From a virus, in IMG/VR virus record IMGVR_UViG_3300042508_000221, positions 10,091 to 74,090 of that record: a stretch of DNA of 64,000 nucleotides, one strand, 5' to 3'. Below, one piece after another: positions 28,707 through 38,172 of the stretch. Position numbers and translations under genes: made by a program. Position 1 is the stretch's first letter, and each line of letters begins with the position of its first letter. The notes under the pieces were generated by a model, which saw only the letters and a program-made list of their open reading frames with translations, ran no database searches and was not told where the DNA came from.

Positions 28707-29557
28707 ACCACCTTCGGCAGCACGCTCGGGGCGGGCACGCCTGGGCTGACGATGCGAGGGTCGAGGTACTTCTTCGTCACCGCTGGGCTGGAGTGATCAA
28801 GAAGTCGCTGGGCCGACCCGCCGGCAGCCTCGTAGTAGCTCGCCGTCGTCTTGCGGATGCGGTGAAACTTGCACCGGCGGTCGCTGGGCAGGCCCGCCCG
28901 CTGGAGGATGATCTTCAGTATCCGCCAGAGACAGGTGTGGTGCCGATCCCACGGGATCGCGGTGTCGTCGGGGCCGCGGCGAATCGCCAGGAGGGCGTCG
29001 GCGCACTCGACGCTGATCTCGCGGAGGATGTCCCGCCGCCTGCCCTTCCGCTCCTCGGCCCTGAAGATGACGTTGCACCCGCGCACGTCGGAGGCCCGCA
29101 CCTCGACGACCGAGGCGATGCGCTCCCCCGTGTCGTAGCACAGCAAGAGAATGGCCTTCCACACCGAGGCGGCCTGAAAGCCACCGATGCGGCCTTGCTC
29201 CTGGGCGGCAGACGCCAGGATCGCCTTCATCTCGTCAGTCAGCCACGCCTCTGGGATTCGCTCGGGCACGATGATCCTGGGCACCTGCGGCCAAGTGTCA
29301 CAGAGCTTCCGGCGGGCGCAGAACTCCCAGAGGGCGCGAAGCTGGGCCCGGTCTTTCGCCGCCGTGGCCGCCGACATCTCGCGGACGCGGTGGGCCAGAA
29401 AACGGGCAACCGCGAGTTCTTCGAGGTCGCTTGTCTCTGGCGGTCGCCCGAGCACCGCCCCCCAGGAGCGGAGGGTGTAGCCATAGAGGGTGATGGTGCG
29501 GTCGCTGACTCCGGTCAGCGGAGCGTAAAGATCGACGAGAACGCGATGCAATGTCAC
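28703..29557 (-). CDS. int: Tyrosine recombinase / integrase
   Basis: TGERIAS (R), K, FHRIR (HxxR), LDH, TKKY; probable GTG start at 29557 with GAGGGAG RBS. Confidence 0.9.
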   Translation of the reverse strand: MTLHRVLVDLYAPLTGVSDRTITLYGYTLRSWGAVLGRPPETSDLEELAVARFLAHRVREMSAATAAKDRAQLRALWEFCARRKLCDTWPQVPRIIVPERIPEAWLTDEMKAILASAAQEQGRIGGFQAASVWKAILLLCYDTGERIASVVEVRASDVRGCNVIFRAEERKGRRRDILREISVECADALLAIRRGPDDTAIPWDRHHTCLWRILKIILQRAGLPSDRRCKFHRIRKTTASYYEAAGGSAQRLLDHSSPAVTKKYLDPRIVSPGVPAPSVLPKVV

Positions 29558-29611
29558 GGTGTGATTCTCCCTCTTGAGAAGTACCACCTCCATGCGAAAC
29601 AGCAATCCCGA

Positions 29612-29635
29612 CGCGCCCCCCCGGTGGGGGGCGCG
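29612..29635. terminator. GC-rich hairpin upstream of integrase
   Basis: CGCGCCCCCC-cggt-GGGGGGCGCG 10-bp stem. Confidence 0.45.
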
Positions 29636-29654
29636 AATGGTCGGTTTTTGCGGC

Positions 29655-29864
29655 CTATAGCAGCTTGGCTAACTTTTCCGGCGTCAGGACAAATGCGTTC
29701 GTGAGCCGGCAGGTCGGCCACTCGGCCCCAATGGTCAGCCGCCATTTTTTTCTCGCCTTCTCCACGGCCAGAGCCGGGGTGTCAGTCACAACCACGATCT
29801 CGTCGGCGTCCTCGACGGCGTTCCCAGAGTCCGACCACTCGCAAATCACGGTGTAGCGGGGCAT
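29655..29864 (-). CDS. Small hypothetical protein
   Basis: MPRYTVICEW..., GGAGG RBS upstream. Confidence 0.55.
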   Translation of the reverse strand: MPRYTVICEWSDSGNAVEDADEIVVVTDTPALAVEKARKKWRLTIGAEWPTCRLTNAFVLTPEKLAKLL

Positions 29865-29944
29865 CAGGCACCTCCATGTGTCCTTGTGGCGGCTGGCTTT
29901 TTGCCGGCCGGTCGGGCACCATGCGGGGGTGCCCGACGCCACTA

Positions 29945-29964
29945 TTCAAATCCCCTATCCTCCA
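29945..29964 (+). other. Candidate attP core (3' end of a tRNA-Ala-type gene)
   Basis: TTCAAAT-CCCCT-ATCCTCC-A = T-loop, T-stem 3' strand, acceptor 3' strand with U70, discriminator A; intergenic, near int. Confidence 0.65.
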
Positions 29965-30064
29965 TTTGTAAATAGGAGCCGTGGCGGTTTTTCGGGAAAT
30001 TGGCTTTTGTCCCTGTCCCAGGGGTATCCTGCCCGTGGCGGCAAGACCGCCAGAAGGCGGACAC

Positions 30065-30607
30065 ATGGCGAAGAAGAAGCAGATCGATCAAGCGATTGGA
30101 AGCTGGGAGGCGGCGTGCCTCCTGGGCGTTCATTGGACGACCCCGGCCCGAATGGTCGAAAAGGGGCTCCTGACGAGCCGCACGCTGGCATCCCCAGTGG
30201 TCAGCGACCCCGAGCGGGTCTTCACGGTCTACTCGCTCGCCGAGTGCGAGGCAGACTGGGAAGAATACGCCGAACAGTTGAAGCATGGCGGTTCTGGCAA
30301 ACGGCCGCGTGCTGGAGTCGACCTCCGGCCTCCGATGGTCAAGGCGCTAGCCGCGCTCGAGCACAAGATCGCATTCGGCGATGCCGTCTCCACGGGTGAG
30401 GCCGCAGAGATCATGGGCGTCCATTGGACGTTTCCGCCGCGGATGGCGCAGCAGGGAAAGATCGTCGGTCGCATCGTCGTGAACGCGAGGAACAAGCGAA
30501 GCCGATGTTGGATTTTCTCGCGGGCGAGCTGCGAAGCAAACGTGTCCACTGCCCGCCGTCTCCAAGCCGCTGGCAAGAAAAAAGGCCGGCACCGAAACCT
30601 CGCTTGA
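30065..30607 (+). CDS. Tandem winged-HTH (excisionase/MerR-like) protein
   Basis: Two EAA..LG/MGVHWT.P.RM repeats; divergent from int. Confidence 0.65.
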   Translation: MAKKKQIDQAIGSWEAACLLGVHWTTPARMVEKGLLTSRTLASPVVSDPERVFTVYSLAECEADWEEYAEQLKHGGSGKRPRAGVDLRPPMVKALAALEHKIAFGDAVSTGEAAEIMGVHWTFPPRMAQQGKIVGRIVVNARNKRSRCWIFSRASCEANVSTARRLQAAGKKKGRHRNLA

Positions 30608-30660
30608 CGAAGTGTTGATCAGTCGCCTATCATCCTGCCCACGCAAAGGAGTGCAGCAGG

Positions 30661-32049
30661 ATGTTGTGGACCCATCAGCAGGAAGCGATCTCGTGGGCCG
30701 ACGGCCGCAGGGATGTCCTTCTCTGGATCGGCATGGGGGCCGGGAAAACACGCACGACGCTCGAGATCATCAAGCGGGCCATGCTGGCCGGGTCGTTTCG
30801 TCGCATTCTCGTCGGCTGCCCGAAAGCCGTGATTCCCGCCTGGGCGAAGCAGGCGGCGATGTGGCTGCCTGAAATCCGCGTTGTCTTGCTTGACCGCGGC
30901 ACCTCGGCCGACAAAGGCCGGCAGATCGTGGCAGCGATGGCCGATACGTCGCCCGTGATCATCGTCGGCAACTACGAGTCGCTTTGGCGAATCAAAGAAG
31001 TTGAAAAGCTCTCCTGGGACTGCCTCGTGTGGGACGAAGTCCATCGCCTCAAGTCACCGTCGGGGGCGGCGAGCAAATGGGCGGCAAAGCTGTGCAAGAA
31101 GAACCCGACCGCGAAGCGGATCGGACTCTCGGGCACGCTCCTCGCCCAAAGCCCGCTCGACGCCTACGGGACATGGCGAGCCGTCGAATCGCCGGAATGT
31201 GCCACCTTTGGCACGACCTACACGCTGTTCAAGGCCACCTACGCGATCACGAATCCAGCCATCCCCGGCATGGTCATCGGCTGGAGGAACAAGGAGCAGT
31301 TTGCGGCCAGGGTCGCGGCCACGACGTTCCAGCGCAAAAGCGAGGATGTCCTTGACCTGCCGCCGATTCACCACGTTGAAGTGCCGGTCGAAATGACGGC
31401 CAAAGAAGGCAAGGTATACACGCAGCTTGAGAAGGACTTCTGCGCCGAGGTCGACGGGGGGTACATCACTCCCCAGAACGCGATGGTCGGTCTGCTGCGG
31501 ATGCTCCAGGCCACCAGCGGCTTCATGCGGCTCGACGACACCGTCGCCGCGAGGCAGATCGACGAGACCCCGTCGAAGCGGGCGGCGTTCGCGGAGATGC
31601 TTGAGGATATGCCCGAGCACGAACCGCTCGTCGTCTTCTGTCGGTTTCGCAGCGACATCGACAGCGTCCTCCACGTTTGCGACCAACTGGGTCGCACGGT
31701 GGGCGAGTTGTCGGGTAAAGTGGACGACCTTGCCGCGTGGCAGGCCGGGAAGACCGCCGTGCTGGTCGCTCAGATTCAAAGCGGCGGCATCGGCATCGAC
31801 TTAACGCGGGCGAACGTGGGCGTCTTCTACAGCCTCGGCCACTCGCTCTCCGAATGGCTCCAGGCGATCGCCCGACTGCACCGCCCCGGCCAGGAACGAC
31901 ACACGCGATTTTTTAGTCTGGTTGCACAGCTACACGGCAAGACAACGGCCGACGGCCGCGTGTATGAAGCCCTCTCCAATCGAAAGGAAGTGATTGATGT
32001 CGTCTGCAATTCCTACCGTGCAAGACAGTGCGCTGTCGACCGCACTTGA
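30661..32049 (+). CDS. SNF2-family (SF2) helicase
   Basis: MGAGKT, DEVH, LSGT, GGIGIDLT, QAIARLHRPGQ. Confidence 0.9.
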   Translation: MLWTHQQEAISWADGRRDVLLWIGMGAGKTRTTLEIIKRAMLAGSFRRILVGCPKAVIPAWAKQAAMWLPEIRVVLLDRGTSADKGRQIVAAMADTSPVIIVGNYESLWRIKEVEKLSWDCLVWDEVHRLKSPSGAASKWAAKLCKKNPTAKRIGLSGTLLAQSPLDAYGTWRAVESPECATFGTTYTLFKATYAITNPAIPGMVIGWRNKEQFAARVAATTFQRKSEDVLDLPPIHHVEVPVEMTAKEGKVYTQLEKDFCAEVDGGYITPQNAMVGLLRMLQATSGFMRLDDTVAARQIDETPSKRAAFAEMLEDMPEHEPLVVFCRFRSDIDSVLHVCDQLGRTVGELSGKVDDLAAWQAGKTAVLVAQIQSGGIGIDLTRANVGVFYSLGHSLSEWLQAIARLHRPGQERHTRFFSLVAQLHGKTTADGRVYEALSNRKEVIDVVCNSYRARQCAVDRT

Positions 32050-32455
32050 ACAGATCAGTCAGATCGACCGCGAAATCGACGTGGCCGAGCTGACGGTGAA
32101 AGAACTGAAAAAGAAGCGGGATGTGCTCGCGAATCTGGCCGTCGAGGAGATGACGGCGGGGAGACTCGACGGAGTTCGGGTCGCCGGACGGAGTTGGCGA
32201 GTCGAGTGGGATCACTCGATCAGCGCCACGGCCGAAAACAAGGATGCGGTCTTGGCTGCGGCACGGGCGGCAGGGATGGAGAAGCAGCTCATTGGCGTGA
32301 ACACAAGCCAATTGAAGTCTGTGCTCAAGGAGATGCACAAGGCAGCGGGAAAGGATGCCCGCGAGCCTTGGGCCGACGGCACGGCGTTCGCCGGCCTCGT
32401 CAGCGAGTTCGTTCGCCCCGTCCTGCGGCACCTCACGGTTGGAGGTGGCTCGTGA
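31994..32455 (+). CDS. Hypothetical coiled-coil replication-module protein
   Basis: ORF in operon context, N-terminal coiled coil. Confidence 0.55.
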   Translation: MMSSAIPTVQDSALSTALEQISQIDREIDVAELTVKELKKKRDVLANLAVEEMTAGRLDGVRVAGRSWRVEWDHSISATAENKDAVLAAARAAGMEKQLIGVNTSQLKSVLKEMHKAAGKDAREPWADGTAFAGLVSEFVRPVLRHLTVGGGS

Positions 32456-32739
32456 GCAACGTCATCTCGCGACGAGTTGAGTTCCTCCCCAGCGGCGGCA
32501 CCTGCACCACGATTGAGTGGGAGGGCGGATTCAAGGTCTCGACCTACACGATGCCGACGCCCGACGGGGGCGTCTTGATTCGGCAGAACCGTGGCCCTCG
32601 CTACTCCCCAGGCAGCAACGGCTACCAGCGGGCGATGCGGACGATCGACGCCCGCGTTGAAGGCGGCGTGATCACGGCTGACGAGGGGCGGCGGATGGAG
32701 GAGGACTGCATCACGCGGCTCGACCGCGAGGGCTGGTGA
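32452..32739 (+). CDS. Hypothetical protein
   Basis: GTGA coupling, GGAGG RBS. Confidence 0.5.
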   Translation: MSNVISRRVEFLPSGGTCTTIEWEGGFKVSTYTMPTPDGGVLIRQNRGPRYSPGSNGYQRAMRTIDARVEGGVITADEGRRMEEDCITRLDREGW

Positions 32740-32811
32740 CAAGCGTTGCCGTCTCGGCGTGTTGCCGGGGCGGTGTGTTGATGGATCGATGACAAGCTCT
32801 AGGAGAAAACC

Positions 32812-33594
32812 ATGAGCACAGCAATTTCGACGAACCTGAAGACGATCGACTACCCCGCGCTCTCGCCGACCAGTCGGCAGGCGCGGATCATCCAGGCCAA
32901 TCTGGAAGGCGAGCCGATGCGGGAGCAGGACTTGATCCGCGTCCCCACGCCGGCCGGTGGGGGTACGATGTGGAGCATCGACAATCAGGGCAACGTGGAG
33001 ACGACCGAGGAGATCGTCGGCCTGCTCGTCGCCGAGGGTCGCCGCGGCACGCTCTGGCCGAAAGACGACCCGTCGGATATGCGTCCCGTGATCGTGACGC
33101 ACGATCTGCTCGTCGGATACCGCGTCTCGGATGATCTCGGAGATTGTGATCCAAAGGCCCTGGAACGGTATCGTATCGGCGATAGGAAATATGACTGGGC
33201 GGCACTGTCTACCGGCCCAGAGTTCGGTTGGGGTAGCGGCAAGGGCGGCGGACGCAGCCGGAAGGTCAAGGAAAACCGCGTGCTCGCCATCCTCCGCGAG
33301 GGCGAGACATGGCCGATGCTTGTGACCGTCGGGCCGGGGTCGCTTGCGAACTGGCTGCCGTTCAGGAAGCGGATGCCCTCGTTCGTCTACGAGTGCGTCA
33401 TCGGCCTGAAGCTCCAGAAGATCAAGAATGCTGGCGGCCAGCCTTACTCGCAGATCGTGCCGCGAATCGTCGGCACCGTCAGCGAGGAGCAGGGCGATGT
33501 CGCTCTGAGGGTCTACCACACGCCCCTGACGCAGATGTTCAACGCGCCGCCCGCCGGTGCCACCGTGAACGCTGCCGACCTGGGCGACGAGTAG
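32812..33594 (+). CDS. Putative phage ssDNA-binding protein
   Basis: IRVPTPAGGG..W motif, beta-rich, acidic tail, position in replication module. Confidence 0.55.
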   Translation: MSTAISTNLKTIDYPALSPTSRQARIIQANLEGEPMREQDLIRVPTPAGGGTMWSIDNQGNVETTEEIVGLLVAEGRRGTLWPKDDPSDMRPVIVTHDLLVGYRVSDDLGDCDPKALERYRIGDRKYDWAALSTGPEFGWGSGKGGGRSRKVKENRVLAILREGETWPMLVTVGPGSLANWLPFRKRMPSFVYECVIGLKLQKIKNAGGQPYSQIVPRIVGTVSEEQGDVALRVYHTPLTQMFNAPPAGATVNAADLGDE

Positions 33595-33743
33595 TTCTTT
33601 GCCGTCGGGCCGGCGGCGAGACACGCCGGTCTCCATCGTCCCTGCGTGCCGGTCGCCTATGCCTCGGCGTGGCGTCGTAACCCGAGGAAGTCGTCGCAGC
33701 TCACCCGTGCCAACTCTCGCGGGCCTGTGATGGCGAATTTAAA

Positions 33744-33788
33744 CCCCGCGGGGCCGTCAGCTTTTGGCGGCTCCGCGGGGGGTTCTTT
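33744..33788 (+). terminator. Intrinsic terminator-like hairpin
   Basis: 16-bp stem with two G-U pairs (CCCCGCGGGGCCGTCA / TGGCGGCTCCGCGGGG) followed by GGTTCTTT. Confidence 0.55.
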
Positions 33789-33814
33789 GCACAACAAACC
33801 AAAGGAGTGGATCA

Positions 33815-34696
33815 ATGAGTTGGAAGGCGATATCGAGCGACAAGGAAAAGTATCAGGCGTATCTATGTAGTCGCGAGTGGTGCGCCAGACGCGAGGCCGT
33901 CAGGAAGCGAAGCGACGGCAAGTGCGAACGATGTCGCGTGAACGAGATGGATCACGTTCATCATCTGACATATGCCCGCAAATACGACGAGCCGCTGGAT
34001 GACCTCCAGGCTCTCTGCAAGCAGTGCCATGAGTTTACGCACGGCAAGTGCGATTATGACCCTCGGGTCAACTCGCCGCTGTTTCTTGAGAGAGGAAAGC
34101 CAATCCGATCTGTCTATCTGGCAGGGAAAATCACTGGCGACGATTGGCGCGACGAGATAGTTGATGGCTGGAGCTACCAGAACCACTCTCCGTTTTATTA
34201 TCAAGCAGTCGATTCTGACAGAGGCGACAAATGGGAAGTGGTTCCTCGCGCTGTTTCAGCGGCGTTTGGGTCTCGCCTTGATTACTTAGGGCCGTGGTGG
34301 TGCGATTTCGGTAGAGGCGGCGGTCACGGAGACTCTAATTGGTGCGGCGAGCCTCACGCATACACGCCCGTTGAATTTGATGATCACGGGGTCGGCGCGC
34401 TCCCGAGCGGAGCTGACCGAAGGCGTGCAATGTCGATCGTTCACAAAAACATCGACTCGGCGATCACTAAGTGCGACCTCCTGTTTGCTTGGATCAACTC
34501 AGACGACTGCTTCGGCACAATCTTTGAGATCGGATTGGCTGTCGCGCGAAGGAAGACAGTGGTCGTCGCAAGTCCGAAGGAATTCGATGATCACCAGATG
34601 TGGTTGTGCCAGCAGTTTGCGGCGACTCGCATTTTTGCGAATACGGCGGGAGAGGCGTGGAAGAAGCTCTGGAACCAAGTGGAGGCGAATGTATGA
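33815..34696 (+). CDS. HNH domain fused to a nucleoside 2-deoxyribosyltransferase-like domain
   Basis: YL.S.EW, CERC, HVHHLTY, LCKQCH; then VYLAGKI, CDLLFAWI, GTIFEIGLA. Confidence 0.7.
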   Translation: MSWKAISSDKEKYQAYLCSREWCARREAVRKRSDGKCERCRVNEMDHVHHLTYARKYDEPLDDLQALCKQCHEFTHGKCDYDPRVNSPLFLERGKPIRSVYLAGKITGDDWRDEIVDGWSYQNHSPFYYQAVDSDRGDKWEVVPRAVSAAFGSRLDYLGPWWCDFGRGGGHGDSNWCGEPHAYTPVEFDDHGVGALPSGADRRRAMSIVHKNIDSAITKCDLLFAWINSDDCFGTIFEIGLAVARRKTVVVASPKEFDDHQMWLCQQFAATRIFANTAGEAWKKLWNQVEANV

Positions 34697-36450
34697 ACGA
34701 CATATTCAAAGCAGCAGCAGGATACGCCGCCAATCAAGGCTGGCCGATGGTGCAGAACTGGGGCATGCGAGAAGACGGCGGGTGCATGTGCCATCGCCGC
34801 AAGTCATGCGCCACCCCAGGGAAGCACCCCATCCACGATGACTGGCTTCTTCATGTCACAACAGACGAAGACGTGATTGCGTCGTGGTTCGAGGATGACG
34901 CGATGTTCAACATCGGCCTCCCCCTCGGCCCGTCCAGCGGTGTGATCGATACCGAATGGGACGACGAGAAGTCTTTTGCCACGGCGAAGAGGTTTGGCCT
35001 GCTCAACATCCCGACCCCCGGCTTCGTCTCCTCTCGTGGCGGTCACAGGCTCTGGAAGATGGACAAGCGTCTGATCGACATCTCGAAGGGCGTCAAGAAG
35101 ATCGACGGACTGGAGGTGCGGTTCGGTGGTGGCGGCAAGATGACGCAGTCCATCATCCCGCCCAGCGTGCATCACACGGGCAAGAAGTATGCGTGGGAGC
35201 CCGGTAGATCGCCGGATGAGGTCGAGCTGGCGACGATGCCAGAAGCTCTTGTGCTCGCGGTCATCGCCGCATGCGGTGGCGAAGGGGGGGAAGGCGAGAT
35301 CACCAAAAACACGATCTACGAGCGGATCATTCAGGAGGGCGAGCGGAATGATGCTCTCGTCGCCTGGATTTCGTCAGAGATCATGCGGATGAGAGACCCA
35401 CACGACCCCGTCGAGCAGCAGAACGTGCTGATGATCTGCCGGTCGCTCAACCAAACGCGGCTCGCAGACCCCCTAAAAGACCCGCAGGTCGTCTCAATCT
35501 GGCAGGGGCAGCTCCGCTGGGGCATGAAGGCTAGGGCGTCTGGGGCCACCAAGATCGCCAGCACCGACAAGGATGCCGACGAGAAGGTTCGCGAGATGAA
35601 GGCGAAGAGTCCACATACCGCCAGCGGTCTGGAAATCCGCAGCGGCGAGTGGTTCCCGGGTCTGTGGCGGCTCACAGTCGTTCACTCCGACCCCAAGGAG
35701 TTTCGCCTGGGCGTGCCCCTGCCTGGGGCCACCCAAGATGACGAAGAAGACGAGAAGATGCGGGTCTTCGTCTCGCTGACCAGCGCCGACTGGTCTAGCC
35801 CCATCGCCGTCGCCAGGAAGGTGCTCGAGGCCACAGGCACGATCGACGTGACCGACCCGAACCCCAAGGAGTGGGCCAAAATCTGGAACGGCTACTCCTA
35901 CAAGCCCGAGGGGGAGAAGAAGACGGTCAAGGTGCGCGGCCTCAAGGTCAAGTTGATGGATGACCGCGACGAGGAGTGGCCGCCGGCCGAGCAGCAGCGG
36001 TATGCGGTCGTGGCTGGGTGGCTGCTAGACGGCTTGTCGAACATCGCCAAGCCGGAGCCGGACATGGACGACTCCATGCCCCACCCGTCGGGCAGGCCAT
36101 GCTGGGTGCGGTCTGGCGACGGCACCTACGAACTCTACTTCTCGTGGACTCGCGTATTCGAGGACATCCAGAAGACGAGGAAGGTCAGGCTCAACGAGGG
36201 CGACATGGTGGCCCTGAAGAGGCGGATGCTGGCAGCCGCGGAAGAGAACGAGTTCAAGATCGAACGGGTGCGGACGGAGACCGGAGTCAGGCGGCGCTAC
36301 GTCGTCTGGACGCAAGCCCATATTGCCCATCTTGAAAACATTGCCCATCCTGACGGCATTCTTGGCCCAAAAGCCCTTATATATAGGGGCCAAATTGATT
36401 TTCAGGAACCAATTGTAGACGCGGGAAAGCTGGTTTGTGGGCCAGCGTGA
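34693..36450 (+). CDS. Bifunctional primase-polymerase (prim-pol) with PriCT-like region
   Basis: GWP, C.C....C..PGKHP, NIG, D.E, GGH, PPSVH.TG..Y.W, EGERND. Confidence 0.8.
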   Translation: MNDIFKAAAGYAANQGWPMVQNWGMREDGGCMCHRRKSCATPGKHPIHDDWLLHVTTDEDVIASWFEDDAMFNIGLPLGPSSGVIDTEWDDEKSFATAKRFGLLNIPTPGFVSSRGGHRLWKMDKRLIDISKGVKKIDGLEVRFGGGGKMTQSIIPPSVHHTGKKYAWEPGRSPDEVELATMPEALVLAVIAACGGEGGEGEITKNTIYERIIQEGERNDALVAWISSEIMRMRDPHDPVEQQNVLMICRSLNQTRLADPLKDPQVVSIWQGQLRWGMKARASGATKIASTDKDADEKVREMKAKSPHTASGLEIRSGEWFPGLWRLTVVHSDPKEFRLGVPLPGATQDDEEDEKMRVFVSLTSADWSSPIAVARKVLEATGTIDVTDPNPKEWAKIWNGYSYKPEGEKKTVKVRGLKVKLMDDRDEEWPPAEQQRYAVVAGWLLDGLSNIAKPEPDMDDSMPHPSGRPCWVRSGDGTYELYFSWTRVFEDIQKTRKVRLNEGDMVALKRRMLAAAEENEFKIERVRTETGVRRRYVVWTQAHIAHLENIAHPDGILGPKALIYRGQIDFQEPIVDAGKLVCGPA

Positions 36451-36528
36451 CGTAAGTGGCTACTGACTAACACTTTAGGGTGGACCGAAAACCCGCCCAC
36501 AAAACCCCAAGGAAGGAAAAGCGGTCCA

Positions 36529-38172
36529 ATGCAAGTTGCAAGGCTCATCGGTGGTGCTGGAACAGGGAAGACAACGGAGTTACTCGGGATCATGAAGTCG
36601 GTGCTCGAGCAGATCGGCGACACGCCGTCTGCCATCGGGTTTGCCAGCTTCACGACGGCGGCCCGCGAGGAGATGGTGAACCGGGCGGCAGCGGCGTTTG
36701 ACTGCCACCCCTCCATGCTGGACAAGCATGGCTGGTTTCGGACGGTGCATTCGACGTGCTTCAAGATGCTCGACCTGAAGACCGAGCAGATGCTCACCAG
36801 GGACGACAAGGCGTCGAAATGGATCGCCGACCGGCTCCGCGTCTCGGTCTCGTGGAAGAAGGTCGGGGATAGCGGGTACGCGGCCTGTGTGGGCGACGAC
36901 GAGGCGGCTGCCTCCCTGACGCTCTGGGACATCGCCAGAAGCCGTATCGTGCCTTTGGCCTCTGTTCACGCCGAGAAGTCCCATGCGGGGCTGGACGTGC
37001 CTCCTATCGCCACCGTGAGGCATTTCATCAGGAAGTACGAGGATGCCAAGCGGATCGACGGCAAATCCGACTTCGTGGACATCCTCGGCCGGTATGCCGG
37101 AGTGAGGTTCCCTTTGGAGGGGCCGGAGGAAATGGAGCCGGAGGGTGATTTGCCAGAGGGCGTGCAGGCGTGGGTATTCGATGAGGCTCAGGACTCGTCA
37201 GCACTGGTCGATCGCGTCTGCCGGCGGTTGGCGTATGGGCGGGGGGTCAAGTGGACGTACCTAGCCGCGGACCCTTTTCAGTCGGTCTTCGGCTTCGGCG
37301 GCGCAGACTACAACAACTTCCTGTCGTGGAACGTCGACAAGGAGCGGACGATGCCGCAGTCCTGGCGGTGCCCAAAGCCCGTAATGGAGCTTGGCGAGCG
37401 GTGCTTGCGGCGGATGCACAAGGGATACTTCGACCGGAAGATCGCCCCTGCATCCCACGACGGGTGCGTCATCCGCGAGGCGTCCGTCGAGCGGGCGCTG
37501 AGTCAGGTCGATGGTAGCCGCTCGACACTGGTGCTAGCTCGCTGCAACTACTCGCTGGCGAAGTTCTCCCAGGTGCTCGAGTCTAGGCGGATTCCTCACG
37601 CCGGCATCAACGACAAGGACGACACAAAGGGGCTGGTGGCCTACAACGCCTACTGGAAGCTTCAACACGGCCAGGGCATTGGAGGGCATGAGTGGAAGGC
37701 GGCCATCGAGCTGACGCCCGTAAAGGCTACTGGTGACGCCATCTTTCTGCGGCGGGGCGCGAAGTCGGCCTGGAGCAAGGGTGCCAGGGACGACGTTGAC
37801 TTCATCGCGGCCGACGAAATCGCCGACCTCGGCGGCGTGACTCCGGCCCTGATGGAGCTGATCCAGTCTGGCGGATGGGCGTCCCTGCTGGACGGCGGGA
37901 AGAAGTGGTACGACTCTGCAAAGAGGCACGGGCCGGCGACCGCGACGAAGCCGAATGTTCGTCTGTCGACCATTCACGGGGCCAAGGGGATGGAGGCCCA
38001 AGACGTGATCCTGGCGACCGAGACGGCCGCCCGCGTCGAGCAGGAGCGAGAACTTGACCCACGGTGCCACGACGAGGAGTGCCGGCTTGAGTACGTCGGC
38101 GTCACTCGGGCAAAAGAACGGCTGATTGTGTGCGAATCTGACGAACCCTACGCAATGGAGCTGCCACGCTGA
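36529..38172 (+). CDS. UvrD/Rep-like SF1 helicase
   Basis: GGAGTGKTT, DEAQD, DPFQSVFGF, QSWRCP, STIHGAKGME, YVGVTRAKE. Confidence 0.9.
   Translation: MQVARLIGGAGTGKTTELLGIMKSVLEQIGDTPSAIGFASFTTAAREEMVNRAAAAFDCHPSMLDKHGWFRTVHSTCFKMLDLKTEQMLTRDDKASKWIADRLRVSVSWKKVGDSGYAACVGDDEAAASLTLWDIARSRIVPLASVHAEKSHAGLDVPPIATVRHFIRKYEDAKRIDGKSDFVDILGRYAGVRFPLEGPEEMEPEGDLPEGVQAWVFDEAQDSSALVDRVCRRLAYGRGVKWTYLAADPFQSVFGFGGADYNNFLSWNVDKERTMPQSWRCPKPVMELGERCLRRMHKGYFDRKIAPASHDGCVIREASVERALSQVDGSRSTLVLARCNYSLAKFSQVLESRRIPHAGINDKDDTKGLVAYNAYWKLQHGQGIGGHEWKAAIELTPVKATGDAIFLRRGAKSAWSKGARDDVDFIAADEIADLGGVTPALMELIQSGGWASLLDGGKKWYDSAKRHGPATATKPNVRLSTIHGAKGMEAQDVILATETAARVEQERELDPRCHDEECRLEYVGVTRAKERLIVCESDEPYAMELPR

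Noticed and set aside
29890-29967. Complete tRNA gene
   Set aside because: Only the 3' 20 nt fit; upstream sequence cannot form the T-stem 5' strand, D arm or anticodon arm
32212-33636. Long antisense ORFs (also 14394-15455, 17238-18257, 51526-52635, 54369-55478, 57978-58910)
   Set aside because: Shadow frames opposite well-supported genes, expected at high GC; no motifs
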